NCBI GenBank assembly: GCA_015228925.1
Contig: JADGCQ010000001.1
Coordinates: forward strand, 50,669 to 114,668
From: Magnetococcales bacterium
GTDB taxonomy: Bacteria > Pseudomonadota > Magnetococcia > Magnetococcales > UBA8363
Direction of reading: 5' to 3'
Length of the DNA: 64,000 nucleotides
In this document: in pieces, positions 42,059 to 51,763 of the stretch
How positions within the stretch are numbered: position 1 is the first letter of the stretch
Layout: each line of letters opens with the position of its first letter
Notes under the pieces: model-generated
Told to the model about the DNA's origin: nothing
The model's input: only the letters and a program-made list of their open reading frames with translations
Databases searched by the model: none
Translations under genes and position numbers: made by a program

Positions 42059-45016
42059 TCAGATCACAATTTCATCATCGTTGATGCGAACCTGATTCAG
42101 ATCATCTTTACCATTCCAGCAGAGATCCAACGGAACCCAGACTGCGCGAGTTGGTCTACCGTTGATGCGGAGCGTCTTATCAACTTCCCTCACCGTTTTA
42201 AGCGTCAGAAGCATCGGATGCCACTTCTTTTCCCACGCAGTTCCCCGCAAAATATCTCTGATGGCCGGAGAGTTGTGTGAAATAAGGACTCCATCTCTCC
42301 AATCATTGGCATCCACAATCTGCCCGTTGCACGTTGCTCCTGCTTTGTATGGCGAATCGGTTCGGAACCCATATCTTTGCAGGTGTTCCTCTGCAACATC
42401 TTGTGAAAAGCCAGCAAGTTTCCTTTCAAGAGCGATGGCAATCAATTCCGATACTGTCATGTGGCCAAAGTTTTTACCGTCATGTTGGATATTGATCTTG
42501 TGATACATCAATTTATTGAGCAATATGTTTTCGTTTTTCGACAGTTCATCTGTAGTATGATCAAGCCAATCCCGTTCCTTGATCCATTCTAAAGCCGCAG
42601 CAGGAGTGATTTCTTCGTCTTTGTACGCAAGATAAGCCCCCGCCAGGAGTGGCCCAAGCTGGTCAGCCGTTCGCCTTGACCCAAGATGCAGGGCAACCGC
42701 ATTAGTAAATGTTTCGATGTTTTTAAGTAAAACATGGACGTTGTTGATGACACGCACACGCAAGCCATCGATAAACTCATCAGTGAGATAATCACTTACC
42801 ATTTGCATAAGTTCGTTGTAATGTTGCTTGTTTCTTTCTTTGTCTTTAGCTGTGCAATCTTCCGGCTTGACCAATTTCAGTAAGGTTATCCGGGATTCGT
42901 CCTGGAAAGTGTTTGCGCCATCGACCACTGAAGCGAAAGCAAAGCAAGATCGCACAACAAAAGCCTTTGCCCCCGATTGGTTTTGCGTACCTTTATAGAT
43001 ATACCCACCAGACGATGAAATTCTCGCAAGTTCAATAATCCCTTGGATTAAACTGTCGGTGTACTTATCGCCACTGCGTTCGCTTTCATCGAAAATAACT
43101 GGGATTGCATCGGTCTTAATGGAATGCCGAACCGCAGCTTCGGTAGTTCTTCCATATACTGAGATGCAAAAATTGTTGAGGATTCGATGGACAATTTTTT
43201 TCATCACGGTCGTTTTGCCGCACCCGGATTCTCCGTAAACCCAAACATGTGAACGCCAAGGGAGGACGCCAGAAACCAGGGCAATCATGATCCAACCAGC
43301 AAGGCAATATGCTGAAATTGGTTTTTCCCAATGGAGCTTCTTGCAAATTTCCAGCAGCCTCCTTGAATGATTCGTATCAAGTGGGGCAGCAAGGCAATTG
43401 AACGGGATTTCTTGCCCAGCTTCGTAAAAGTTTTTCGAGCGAAAAGCAGCAAGAGATACAGATTCTCTGTTTATTATCAACTGGTTTCCCAGGTTCAGAA
43501 CGATCTGGTCTTTATCCATCCATGCCCCACGCCCACGGATCAAATCCCTGGCAACGAACACCCCCCGCGCTTCTGCCATGCGCATCAAAGCGTTCATGGC
43601 CGCATCCCAATTAACGCCTGATCTTTGCGGGAATCTCCTGGCCCAAAAATCAAGTGGAGCCATCATGATCAAGTTGTTCTTTGTGTGCGCCGATGACGAT
43701 AACTCAAGTATTTGCATTGTGCCACGAGGATAATAATAATAGACATTCCCGTTGTAGCCAAGAACGCGAAAAGGCATTTCCTCATCGAACGCAAAAACAG
43801 GGTTCGGAATGGCCTGATTCGCTTGACTTTCACCATTTTTGGAAATGTTTATTTCTGTCTGGCCATCGCCATGGTCGTAATCATCTAAAGGTGGACCATC
43901 CAAATGTGGGGGTTCTTCGCCATAATAGTCCTCTGGGTTCTCCTGAACTGGGATCTCCTGAACTGGTGGGATCCAATCTTTAAGCCGGATTTTCACCCAT
44001 CGCTGTATTGCGTCCACATCCCATTTCCCTTCAACGTCGGCAACATCCCATCCTTCTTCCAGCTTGTCCGATTCTTCGATTCGGCAAATCTGCACCGTGC
44101 AGCCCAAGCCGACTAGGATAGTGCCGATGGCTTCCGCTGCTTTCGTTCCAGGCACGTCATTGTCAGGCAAGATTCTAATGTGCCGCCCACGCAACGGGGA
44201 AAAGTCGGTTAAGGCGTATGCGTTTGATCCACCAGACCAGGTGAGTACCGGGTGATCAGGGAATATGCGCTGCGCTGCGTCGGCGGTTTTTTCACCTTCC
44301 GGCAAGTACACCGATGCGCCAGGGAAAAGCTTTAGAGATTTGAGATTGTAGAGCGGTCTTGGTGATGCAAAAGCTTTCCATCGCCAGCTTGCGTTAGGGC
44401 TTTCCTCCGACTTGCACCAACTCTGAGGCAGGATTTGTTTTTTCCCCAGTTCCGGTTCTTCATCCAGCGGTCGCTCTTTCTCCTCTGGAGGATCGAATCT
44501 GGCGATACGCCCAACGAGCCTACCTTGAATGTCGTGATAACTCCAAATTTTGCTGGCTTTTCCGAGTTTATAGTGGCTGTCAGGTGGTGATGGAGCATCG
44601 GGATCAACAAATGGCAGAGCCAGCCATTCGGTCGGGCGTGGATCGTCTTTCTTTTTGCCCGCTTTACTCTGGCCAGATTGGTTCCACTTTTTTTCTTCGA
44701 TGTTGAGATTGAATCGTTTGGCTATGGCAACCGCAGCTTTGGTTTGGTCTTTTCCTGTTGGTGATCCTTTTGTTTGGATCGCCGCATACAAAGAGATGAG
44801 ATCACCCCCTTTTAAACCGGATGCAAAGTCCGACCATTTGCCAGTTTTCACGTTTATTGAGAGCGAACTACCTTTGCTCCCGGTTACGTCCCCAATTTTA
44901 AATTCATGCCCATCCAGCACACCCGCCGGGAACCACTCAAAGAGCAGGTCGGTGGAACTCAGCAATGCTGTGTTTGCGATTCTTTCAAAGTCTATCTTGC
45001 CGTTTTGCTGCGTCAT
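42059..45016 (-). CDS. Bifunctional primase / SF3-type helicase (Toprim + DUF927-like NTPase)
   Basis: N-terminus ...KTGKWSDFASGLKGGDLISLYA... is primase-type. A Toprim-like segment reads ...YLPEGEKTADA...ILPDNDVPG... Walker A is VYGESGCGKTT. Start moved to MTQQNGK (GGGGG upstream). Confidence 0.8.
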   Translation of the reverse strand: MTQQNGKIDFERIANTALLSSTDLLFEWFPAGVLDGHEFKIGDVTGSKGSSLSINVKTGKWSDFASGLKGGDLISLYAAIQTKGSPTGKDQTKAAVAIAKRFNLNIEEKKWNQSGQSKAGKKKDDPRPTEWLALPFVDPDAPSPPDSHYKLGKASKIWSYHDIQGRLVGRIARFDPPEEKERPLDEEPELGKKQILPQSWCKSEESPNASWRWKAFASPRPLYNLKSLKLFPGASVYLPEGEKTADAAQRIFPDHPVLTWSGGSNAYALTDFSPLRGRHIRILPDNDVPGTKAAEAIGTILVGLGCTVQICRIEESDKLEEGWDVADVEGKWDVDAIQRWVKIRLKDWIPPVQEIPVQENPEDYYGEEPPHLDGPPLDDYDHGDGQTEINISKNGESQANQAIPNPVFAFDEEMPFRVLGYNGNVYYYYPRGTMQILELSSSAHTKNNLIMMAPLDFWARRFPQRSGVNWDAAMNALMRMAEARGVFVARDLIRGRGAWMDKDQIVLNLGNQLIINRESVSLAAFRSKNFYEAGQEIPFNCLAAPLDTNHSRRLLEICKKLHWEKPISAYCLAGWIMIALVSGVLPWRSHVWVYGESGCGKTTVMKKIVHRILNNFCISVYGRTTEAAVRHSIKTDAIPVIFDESERSGDKYTDSLIQGIIELARISSSGGYIYKGTQNQSGAKAFVVRSCFAFASVVDGANTFQDESRITLLKLVKPEDCTAKDKERNKQHYNELMQMVSDYLTDEFIDGLRVRVINNVHVLLKNIETFTNAVALHLGSRRTADQLGPLLAGAYLAYKDEEITPAAALEWIKERDWLDHTTDELSKNENILLNKLMYHKINIQHDGKNFGHMTVSELIAIALERKLAGFSQDVAEEHLQRYGFRTDSPYKAGATCNGQIVDANDWRDGVLISHNSPAIRDILRGTAWEKKWHPMLLTLKTVREVDKTLRINGRPTRAVWVPLDLCWNGKDDLNQVRINDDEIVI

Positions 45017-45341
45017 AAATACCCCCGTCAAGCAATCTTAGCCTTACAATGTACATTGATTGTTTGTAAGACGCGATGGCACGTAATCCCATCTCCACGT
45101 ACATAAATTTTGCAAGTTCCGTCCATTCACTGGATTCTCTTTCTTTCCCTTCGACTACAAAACAAGGCACATCGTTTCTTATGTGGCGAATCAGCGCAAG
45201 TTTGTTTTCTCTTATTTTTTTTAATAATTCTTTTTGGATTTTTTTTGTGTCACCTTTAAGCACAAGAACATTAAGATCCTTTATCTCAAAATAGCATCCG
45301 TGTGCATTGACTCTATCTATAATCTGTAATGGATATACCAT
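44985..45341 (-). CDS. Hypothetical protein (118 aa)
   Basis: Same-strand operon. Overlaps the primase 5' end by ~30 nt. Confidence 0.35.
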   Translation of the reverse strand: MVYPLQIIDRVNAHGCYFEIKDLNVLVLKGDTKKIQKELLKKIRENKLALIRHIRNDVPCFVVEGKERESSEWTELAKFMYVEMGLRAIASYKQSMYIVRLRLLDGGIYDAAKRQDRL

Positions 45342-45346
45342 GGAAT

Positions 45347-45544
45347 TTATCTCGATATTTTATTTCTAAACGGTTGAATACAGCTACATCCAGCATGATT
45401 ATTGAATTCACAATTACGACATGAAATTGGTCGCACCCATTCAGGATTCCTCCAGCAAACGGTTTCTTTTGCAAGAAAATCTTCCGAAAGTATATATCTC
45501 ATTCGGTCGATCGTGTCTTTATCGATCATATCTTTATCACTCAT
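45347..45544 (-). CDS. Hypothetical Cys-containing protein (65 aa)
   Basis: ATGA overlap with the VRR-NUC stop. Confidence 0.3.
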   Translation of the reverse strand: MSDKDMIDKDTIDRMRYILSEDFLAKETVCWRNPEWVRPISCRNCEFNNHAGCSCIQPFRNKISR

Positions 45545-45927
45545 ATGTTTAACAATATCTTTGCGTCATCAACCGATCTTGCTATTCCAGCAATCCCGCC
45601 ATATTGCAGGATTGTTGCAATAAAATTCTCTTGCTTCTCTTTCGCTGTACCCGTTAGCTGCTTTACTTCGATTGCTGCGAAAACGCCAATAGAACGCCCA
45701 ACCATTTCATCTGTAATGATGATCGTCCGACATCCAATTAAATCCGATGAACCTGGGACCAAACCAAAAGAGATTCTCCGTGGGTTTCTGATGGCGAACG
45801 AGCCGTCACTTAACTTTATTGGTTCTCCCCCAACATAACCCAAACCCACCGGGTTGTTAAACAAGAGTACCTCCGGTCGTCGAGTAATATCAACCAAGAT
45901 TTCGCGTTTTATCGGACTTTCTTTCAT
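45541..45927 (-). CDS. VRR-NUC domain nuclease
   Basis: ...GSSDLIGC...FAAIEVKQ...KEKQENF... fits the PD-(D/E)XK-type VRR-NUC signature (D...E.K...Q). Confidence 0.65.
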   Translation of the reverse strand: MKESPIKREILVDITRRPEVLLFNNPVGLGYVGGEPIKLSDGSFAIRNPRRISFGLVPGSSDLIGCRTIIITDEMVGRSIGVFAAIEVKQLTGTAKEKQENFIATILQYGGIAGIARSVDDAKILLNI

Positions 45928-45948
45928 TAACTTTGCCCCACTTACTTT

Positions 45949-46341
45949 TTATCTTTGATTGCTTGCTATAATCTGGATAGTTCTAACAGACAAATGGTAA
46001 ATTCTTGCGATGGCTATGTTTGTTTTTCCTGAAAGTTTTAATGATCGGATCTCATCATTCCGTTTTTCAAGTACAGTTTTTTTACTGATATGATTTTTTG
46101 GAATATAAACGTAGCATCCACCAAATATTTTACTGACATTTTTTCTCATTGTTTCATTGAGCGTTTGATATAGTACGTGATCGCGTTTTAGCGTTTTTGG
46201 AATAAACAGCCGACAACCACCATACTGTTCGATCAGGATAGGAATAGTTTCTGGACTGATAAGGCTCAGAAAATGGGAATTTGCAGGTTGTGTGGGCTTG
46301 CTGCCACACCGGAGTTGTTCAACTTTCAAGCCCATGACCAT
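45949..46341 (-). CDS. Mor-family transcription activator-like protein
   Basis: ...GGCYVYIPK...RNDEIRSL..SGKTNIAIARIYHLSVRTIQII... parallels Mu Mor (GG.vYIP....R...I.....G.n...La..Y.vs...vy.i). Confidence 0.55.
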   Translation of the reverse strand: MVMGLKVEQLRCGSKPTQPANSHFLSLISPETIPILIEQYGGCRLFIPKTLKRDHVLYQTLNETMRKNVSKIFGGCYVYIPKNHISKKTVLEKRNDEIRSLKLSGKTNIAIARIYHLSVRTIQIIASNQR

Positions 46342-47735
46342 CACCTATATGTCCAAACTTTTTGTTGCCTTGCCTTCATGAGTTTGTGCGTCCAGCCGGG
46401 GGCATAGCCCCTTTGCATTCGGATACGTTCCAGATCAGCAAATGAGTGTGCTTTTTTCACTTCTTCTTTTTTTCGTATTGCTGTTTCAACTCTTAAAACT
46501 TCTTCCAGGTCGCCATCGACTTCGTGGATGGGTGGCCTTTTTGTTTCCCGCACATGGCCACAAGATGGGCAGACAGGAGCCGGTGGGAAGACGCAATAAC
46601 ACTTCTCGCAAATGATTACGCCCGAATCCACGTCGTTTTTGCTGCCTTTCTTTTTTGGTATCCCGGCAAGTTTCCAATCGTGTTCGACATCGGGCATCCC
46701 ATGCCTTGTGTAATTACCAACATGGTCCAGGATGATTGCCACTTTGCCAGCAACGTACCGGAGGACGCGCCCGACCTGTTGCAAATACATGGCGAGAGAT
46801 TGCGTCGGTCTGAGCAGGATCGCCACCTCCACGGATGGAACATCTAACCCTTCTGAAATAAGATCGACGCTGCATAACACCTGGATGGTTCCGGCAGCGA
46901 ATTTGCGCATCTTTTCGTCACGATCCGGGTCGGTCCCGTAGATTGGAACTGCTTCAATGCAATTATTCTGGAATTCAGCCGCAACATTTCGGGCGTGTTT
47001 AATGGACACGCAGAACACGATGGCTCGTTTGCCGTCGGCATAGCGCAGATAGTGTTTAACGGCGTTCCCGGTGATCGTCTTTTTATCGACAACTTCTTCA
47101 AGTTGTTGTTTATCAAAATCGCCCAGGACAGTTCGTATTTTTGATGTGTCGATACCGATTGGTGGGATGAAAAGGCGATATGGAGAGAGAAATTTGTTAT
47201 CGATCAACCAGCGTACCCGTGGTCCGATGACGAGCCGCTGAAACAGGCCATCCAAACCTTTCCCGTCCAGGCGTTGCGGTGTTGCAGTTACCCCGACTAT
47301 CGCTGCATTCGGCCAATGTTTGATCACTGTGGCCCACTGTTTGGCCATCCCATGGTGCGCCTCATCAATCAAAATGAGGTCTGGCGGTCTGATCTTATCG
47401 AGCCGCCGCACAAGGGTCATGATTGATGCAATATGGAGTTTTTCATCGGCATAGGGTTGGCCAGAAGCGATGACACCATGTGGGATTCCCCATTTCTCAA
47501 AGGATTTTGATGATTGCTGCATCAATTCATGCCGATGGACCGTGGAAATAACCTGCTTATCGAGTTCCAAGGCACCTTTCGACATCGCAGCCATGATGAC
47601 CGTTTTTCCTACCCCCGTTGGCCCCTGCATAATCACCGCCCTTGGACCGGATGTGATGCTCCGAAGCGCAAGCCGGGTATTTGCAATCATTTCGTTCTGG
47701 TGTGGGTAAAGATCGGAGTAGTCCATGGCTCGCAC
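46341..47735 (-). CDS. DEAH-box SF2 helicase (type III restriction Res-like) with C-terminal Cys4 zinc ribbon
   Basis: Walker A GPTGVGKT. DEAH (LILIDEAHH). Motif III TATP. ...QQVGRVLR. CEKCYC...CPSCGH near the C-terminus. Confidence 0.85.
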   Translation of the reverse strand: MRAMDYSDLYPHQNEMIANTRLALRSITSGPRAVIMQGPTGVGKTVIMAAMSKGALELDKQVISTVHRHELMQQSSKSFEKWGIPHGVIASGQPYADEKLHIASIMTLVRRLDKIRPPDLILIDEAHHGMAKQWATVIKHWPNAAIVGVTATPQRLDGKGLDGLFQRLVIGPRVRWLIDNKFLSPYRLFIPPIGIDTSKIRTVLGDFDKQQLEEVVDKKTITGNAVKHYLRYADGKRAIVFCVSIKHARNVAAEFQNNCIEAVPIYGTDPDRDEKMRKFAAGTIQVLCSVDLISEGLDVPSVEVAILLRPTQSLAMYLQQVGRVLRYVAGKVAIILDHVGNYTRHGMPDVEHDWKLAGIPKKKGSKNDVDSGVIICEKCYCVFPPAPVCPSCGHVRETKRPPIHEVDGDLEEVLRVETAIRKKEEVKKAHSFADLERIRMQRGYAPGWTHKLMKARQQKVWTYR

Positions 47736-48124
47736 TACTTTAATGAATGGCGGTTGTAATCCATTTCAGGTTCGCTCTCCAATCTCTCCATGTTGAATAT
47801 TTCCAGGTCGCCTTTCGGCACTTTCAAGATCCGCTTCATAAATTTCAGCGTACCCATAAGTTTTTCCAGAACTTTTTGATGATTAATTTCAATGATCCAA
47901 CAAATCCATAACATGGAGCCTATTTTGCCACTTTGGTCTGTCGCCCAGGCGGTTAACTCCAGTGCGCTCGATCTCCAGCGTGCGTCTCCGGGATGCGGAT
48001 TTTCTGAAATTCGATATAGATCCCTTAAACCCATCAAGAACACATTTTGCCAGAGGCGGATTTCTGGCGGCGTGCCTGTATTAGTGCGCTCCATCAAAGC
48101 CGTGGATGGTAATTTTTCAGTCAT
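47735..48124 (-). CDS. Hypothetical first gene of the leftward replication operon (129 aa)
   Basis: Divergent from the repressor gene. 1-nt stop/start overlap with the helicase. Confidence 0.4.
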   Translation of the reverse strand: MTEKLPSTALMERTNTGTPPEIRLWQNVFLMGLRDLYRISENPHPGDARWRSSALELTAWATDQSGKIGSMLWICWIIEINHQKVLEKLMGTLKFMKRILKVPKGDLEIFNMERLESEPEMDYNRHSLK

Positions 48125-48419
48125 AAACCTTGTTTCCGTGCCAATAATTGTAAATTTTATATCATTTTAATTCTGTTTGCTGAACCATTTTCGCAGTTTA
48201 CGAAACTTTCCGCAAGCGGGAATATTTAACAGAAATTAACTGTTTATTATTTGCATTTTTAGGAATCATTGGGTTTTGTTGAATTAAATTAACTATAAAT
48301 ATTTTTATGTAAGTCTTGTTAAAATTATCTACTTGAAATTTTCGCTAGCTTAATGTAGCATATAGTGTGTTATCGATACTTTAACGAATCTTACAAGTAA
48401 AAAAGTATGCCTAGAGGGG

Positions 48420-49133
48420 ATGGCTATGAAAGGAAATCAAGAAGAACCTACGTCTGAACCCGAAAATGCAAAAAAGGATGTTGTACGGAAAAGAAAGCTA
48501 GCCGATGGGGTAGAAAGAATTGAAAACGGTATTGCAAATCGTCTCAATGATCTATTAGTTCAACATGGCGATACGCAACGGAAAATCGCGCAAGAACTTG
48601 GCGTATCAACCGCTACAATTTCAAATATTTTTTCCGGTGTAACCCATAAAATTGATGCTGAATTTCTAATGAAACTCGCAAAGAGATTCAACGTATCAGC
48701 AACCTGGCTTTACTCAGGGGAAGGCAGGAAGAATCCCAATGATTACGTCATTATTCCTTTTATTGATCCTACCGTTGAGCAACCAGAGTCAGAGCCGATT
48801 ATGTTAAGCCACAAGTTCATAATTGATAATAAGTTAACAGTAAGAGCGATTGCCGCGCTGAGATATTACGGCACACTTTCGGAAAGGTTGATCATGAACG
48901 GCGACATTGCAATCATCGACCAGCGCGTTAAACATATTGACAGGACCGGCTTGTTTTGTTTTAAAACAAAAGGATCAATACAGAGCTACCAACTTCAATA
49001 TTTTGTACGTCTTTATGACGGCCAAGTGAAGGTTTATGCTTCCGGGTCAGAAAATGCGGATCATGTGGTTAACGCAAAAGACATCTACGTCGATGGCAAG
49101 GTTGTGATGGTGTTGCGGATAGGTGCCAGTTAA
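48420..49133 (+). CDS. cI/LexA-like repressor (XRE HTH + S24-like C-terminal domain)
   Basis: HTH ...DTQRKIAQELGVSTATISNIFSG... The C-terminal fold-like pattern reads ...MNGDIAIIDQR...VDGKVVMVLR. Flanked by an AT-rich divergent region and a terminator. Confidence 0.75.
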   Translation: MAMKGNQEEPTSEPENAKKDVVRKRKLADGVERIENGIANRLNDLLVQHGDTQRKIAQELGVSTATISNIFSGVTHKIDAEFLMKLAKRFNVSATWLYSGEGRKNPNDYVIIPFIDPTVEQPESEPIMLSHKFIIDNKLTVRAIAALRYYGTLSERLIMNGDIAIIDQRVKHIDRTGLFCFKTKGSIQSYQLQYFVRLYDGQVKVYASGSENADHVVNAKDIYVDGKVVMVLRIGAS

Positions 49134-49227
49134 GAGGGAGACACCTTGACGGCACATCCTTGACGGGAGAACCACAGACAACTGGCCGAGGTCTCATTTC
49201 TTTATCGCCACGATCCACAAACAAAAA

Positions 49228-49250
49228 AACGCTGCGAGGCGTTTTTTTTT
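49228..49250 (+). terminator. Rho-independent terminator after the repressor gene
   Basis: aacgc-tgcgag-gcgtt followed by 9 T, preceded by an A-run (potentially bidirectional). Confidence 0.55.
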
Positions 49251-49251
49251 G

Positions 49252-49279
49252 TTTACATATTGTTTCGTAATTTGATAAT
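49252..49279 (+). promoter_or_regulatory. Sigma70-like promoter candidate
   Basis: TTTACA (49252-57), 16-nt spacer, GATAAT (49274-79), 24 nt upstream of the 49303 ORF. Confidence 0.4.
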
Positions 49280-49302
49280 CTTGCTCCAAGACGTTACTTT
49301 GA

Positions 49303-50133
49303 ATGGTGCTTATGTTAAATTTACGAATCAGAGCGTCAATGCTGCCAGGGTGGAATGATTGCCAACGTAGATCGGCAGCGAAACAGTATAGACGACAAAT
49401 TGAAGCTCAAGGTTTTGATTTGCGGTCCAACAAGCCAACGATTGGCGCAGCAGTGGGAACTTCTGTACATGAGGCGTTTGCAATCGCTTTTACCGCAAAG
49501 AAAGATTTTTGCGAAATACCGAAAAATTCACAGCTTGTTGAAGCGGCAGTTGAAAAACTTAAAAAAGAAGCTGCAACAGGGATGGAATGGGACGATACCA
49601 CCCCAAACCTTGGCGTTGCGAGTACGCAAATTTCACGAATGGTATCCATGTGCGTTGATTCTATTCTGCCCGTTTACACACCTTACAGGGTTGAATATGA
49701 AGCGATTGTATCGGCAGGGGATGGTTTTGAATTTTCCGGCAAGCTTGATTTGCTTACCCTGGACGGAATTCTGATTGATCTAAAAACAGGGGCAGTTGTC
49801 CGACCTTACCAAGCGCAACTTGGGGGTTATTCGCTGCTACAAAAGCATGAAAAAAAAGAAACAGGTGAAGCGTTTTCGGTCAGGGAAATACAAACAATAT
49901 TCGTAAAGCGATCACCAAAATATAAAGCACAAGATTCTCCGGTCGTGAGTGAATATAATTTGCAAACGTGCGAAATGGCTGCTTGGCATTCAATTGAGAG
50001 TATCAAAAGCTGTATGACAAGCTTTTTGAAAAGTCCAGATCCTTGGACTTTTGCTGCAAACCCGATGTCGATGATGTGTCGTCCCCAGTTTTGTCCTGCA
50101 CATGGGACAAATTTTTGCAAAATGGGGGTTTAA
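49303..50133 (+). CDS. PD-(D/E)XK nuclease, Cas4/RecB-like with putative 4-Cys cluster
   Basis: ...GKLDLLTLDGILIDLKTG....YQAQLGGY... gives D..(D/E)xK plus QxxxY. One N-terminal Cys (NDCQRR) plus C-terminal CRPQFCPAHGTNFC. The start codon is uncertain. Confidence 0.6.
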   Translation: MVLMLNLRIRASMLPGWNDCQRRSAAKQYRRQIEAQGFDLRSNKPTIGAAVGTSVHEAFAIAFTAKKDFCEIPKNSQLVEAAVEKLKKEAATGMEWDDTTPNLGVASTQISRMVSMCVDSILPVYTPYRVEYEAIVSAGDGFEFSGKLDLLTLDGILIDLKTGAVVRPYQAQLGGYSLLQKHEKKETGEAFSVREIQTIFVKRSPKYKAQDSPVVSEYNLQTCEMAAWHSIESIKSCMTSFLKSPDPWTFAANPMSMMCRPQFCPAHGTNFCKMGV

Positions 50134-50157
50134 CTTTTAATCAAAAAAGGAAGTGTT

Positions 50158-50397
50158 ATGCCCGAATTGTCTGAAGTGACTGGTGTGGCTGGTGTCGTCA
50201 CCAAGAAACCCCGCAAGCAGCGCAAGAAACCCGAAGGGATGCGGCTCAGCGTTGTCCTCACGCAAGCCCAATATGACCTGTTCATCGCCAAGGCCAAGGC
50301 TGGATTCCGTAGCGTTGAAAATGAACTTCTCATGATGATCTCTCTTCATCTGCACGCGCCCAGTGCCGGTCCCCAAGGTGAAGGAATCAGCCAGTAA
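50158..50397 (+). CDS. Small ribbon-helix-helix-like protein (79 aa)
   Basis: AAGGAAG RBS. ...MRLSVVLTQAQYDLFIAKAKAGFRSVENELL... is a beta-strand/helix/helix pattern typical of Arc/CopG. Confidence 0.45.
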   Translation: MPELSEVTGVAGVVTKKPRKQRKKPEGMRLSVVLTQAQYDLFIAKAKAGFRSVENELLMMISLHLHAPSAGPQGEGISQ

Positions 50398-50561
50398 CAT
50401 CGGCTGATGTAGTAGTTGTCTGCTTCATAGGTCGCGCTCCAGGCGGGAACCACACCCGCAGCAAACAAAGCATCCTCGTCACAGCGACCGGGCAGGGACC
50501 GGATAGCGACCGGACAGCGTAACCTGCCAATTTTAAGTATGTAAGGATTGCAAGTGGTGAC

Positions 50562-50586
50562 AGCCCGGAAAGACGGGCTTTTTCTT
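50562..50586 (+). terminator. Rho-independent terminator
   Basis: agcccg-gaaaga-cgggct followed by ttttt. It lies 165 nt after the 50397 stop. Confidence 0.6.
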
Positions 50587-50611
50587 CATCTACCATATCT
50601 AGGCAAAATAA

Positions 50612-51568
50612 ATGACCACTACTGACAGCAATCCTGACAAACTCGACCGTGATATTAAATGTCTTGGCATCAGGTTTAGAGTTGGTGAGATTGGATTCTG
50701 CACAAGATCCATCGAAGAATACAAGTGGTTGGCAGACGTTTGCCCACAATGCAATGCTTTTAAGTCATTTTCGGAAGAAACCCGGACAAAATTGAGTGCG
50801 TCGTTTGGAATAAGAAAGATACGGGCTGCTGCGGCCATTGCAGCGGCCAAGGCAAAAAAAAAGCTGTCTGAGCCGAAAGTCGCTCCAGCAGTTGAAGTTC
50901 CCGAACCAATGGCCGAACCAATGGCCGAACCCAAGGCCGAACCAATGGCCGAACCAATGGCCGAACCAATGGCCGAACCCGTTTCAAAGCCAAGGTTAAA
51001 GCCCGGTCCTAAGCCAAAGTTAAAACCCACTCCCGTATCCATGCCGGAACCAGCACCAATACCCGTTCCAGTGCCGGATCCCGTTCCCGCTCCAGTGCCG
51101 GAACAGAGTTGGATGCAAAATCGGGTGAAACCAGAAGTTGCTCCAAAGAAACCCCGTGGTAGACCACCGAAGCCATCTTTGGAAAAATTTCTAAGAGTTC
51201 CAGGCAACGGGACTAATCTGATCGACGGGGAAACTTTCACGGGGAAATGTGGAGAATTGGTTTCGATCCCTGAATGCAAGCCATCCGACTGCGAAAAATG
51301 CAATATCGAACGTAAGAGATCGCAAGATGAGGAATGCGCTGCAAAAACAGGCTGGACAACCACTCCACCAGTCCAAAAACCAAACCGCCAAAAACCGGAG
51401 CAACCAAAAGTCGATCACACCGGGACAAGGCATTTGCGCGGTGGGATGTTCCCCGCTGATTCAGATTTCATCCGACGGTTTGACCGTGTGTGCGAAGAGT
51501 TGAAACTGGACCGTGGCAGCGTCGTGAAAATCGCCGTCGCAAAAATGATCAAAGAAATGGGTTTTTGA
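50612..51568 (+). CDS. Hypothetical protein with (MAEP)n / Pro-rich linker and RHH-like C-terminus (318 aa)
   Basis: N-terminal Cys pair (CPQC). 12-bp repeat gaaccaatggcc x6 at 50903-50974. Pro-rich PKPKLKPTPVSMPEPAPIPVPVPDPVPAPVP. C-terminus ...FIRRFDRVCEELKLDRGSVVKIAVAKMI. Confidence 0.5.
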   Translation: MTTTDSNPDKLDRDIKCLGIRFRVGEIGFCTRSIEEYKWLADVCPQCNAFKSFSEETRTKLSASFGIRKIRAAAAIAAAKAKKKLSEPKVAPAVEVPEPMAEPMAEPKAEPMAEPMAEPMAEPVSKPRLKPGPKPKLKPTPVSMPEPAPIPVPVPDPVPAPVPEQSWMQNRVKPEVAPKKPRGRPPKPSLEKFLRVPGNGTNLIDGETFTGKCGELVSIPECKPSDCEKCNIERKRSQDEECAAKTGWTTTPPVQKPNRQKPEQPKVDHTGTRHLRGGMFPADSDFIRRFDRVCEELKLDRGSVVKIAVAKMIKEMGF

Positions 51569-51587
51569 TTCCATCGGGAGGTTCCAG

Positions 51588-51728
51588 ATGGAAATTTCAG
51601 AGGGAGACAGGCTTATGGGTGACGAAACCTTCATTCTTTGTCTGGCAGTAGCGTGCGCCGTTTTCCTGGGATGGGTGAAGTTGCGCGGGAATACGGTATG
51701 CGACGATTGTAAAGATAAAACCAAGTAA
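51588..51728 (+). CDS. Small membrane peptide (46 aa; below the ORF-track cut-off)
   Basis: GGGAGG RBS 7 nt upstream. MEISEGDRLMGDETFILCLAVACAVFLGWVKLRGNTVCDDCKDKTK has one hydrophobic helix. Confidence 0.35.
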   Translation: MEISEGDRLMGDETFILCLAVACAVFLGWVKLRGNTVCDDCKDKTK

Positions 51729-51763
51729 CATCAAACAAAACGCAAACAAAATGGGGCAAACTT

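Noticed and set aside
50599-51363. 254-aa minus-strand ORF rich in GSAIGSAIG / GTGAGTG repeats
   Set aside because: It is the mirror image of the MAEP/Pro-rich repeats of the plus-strand gene 50612..51568. The plus-strand gene fits the operon direction and has structured N- and C-terminal regions.
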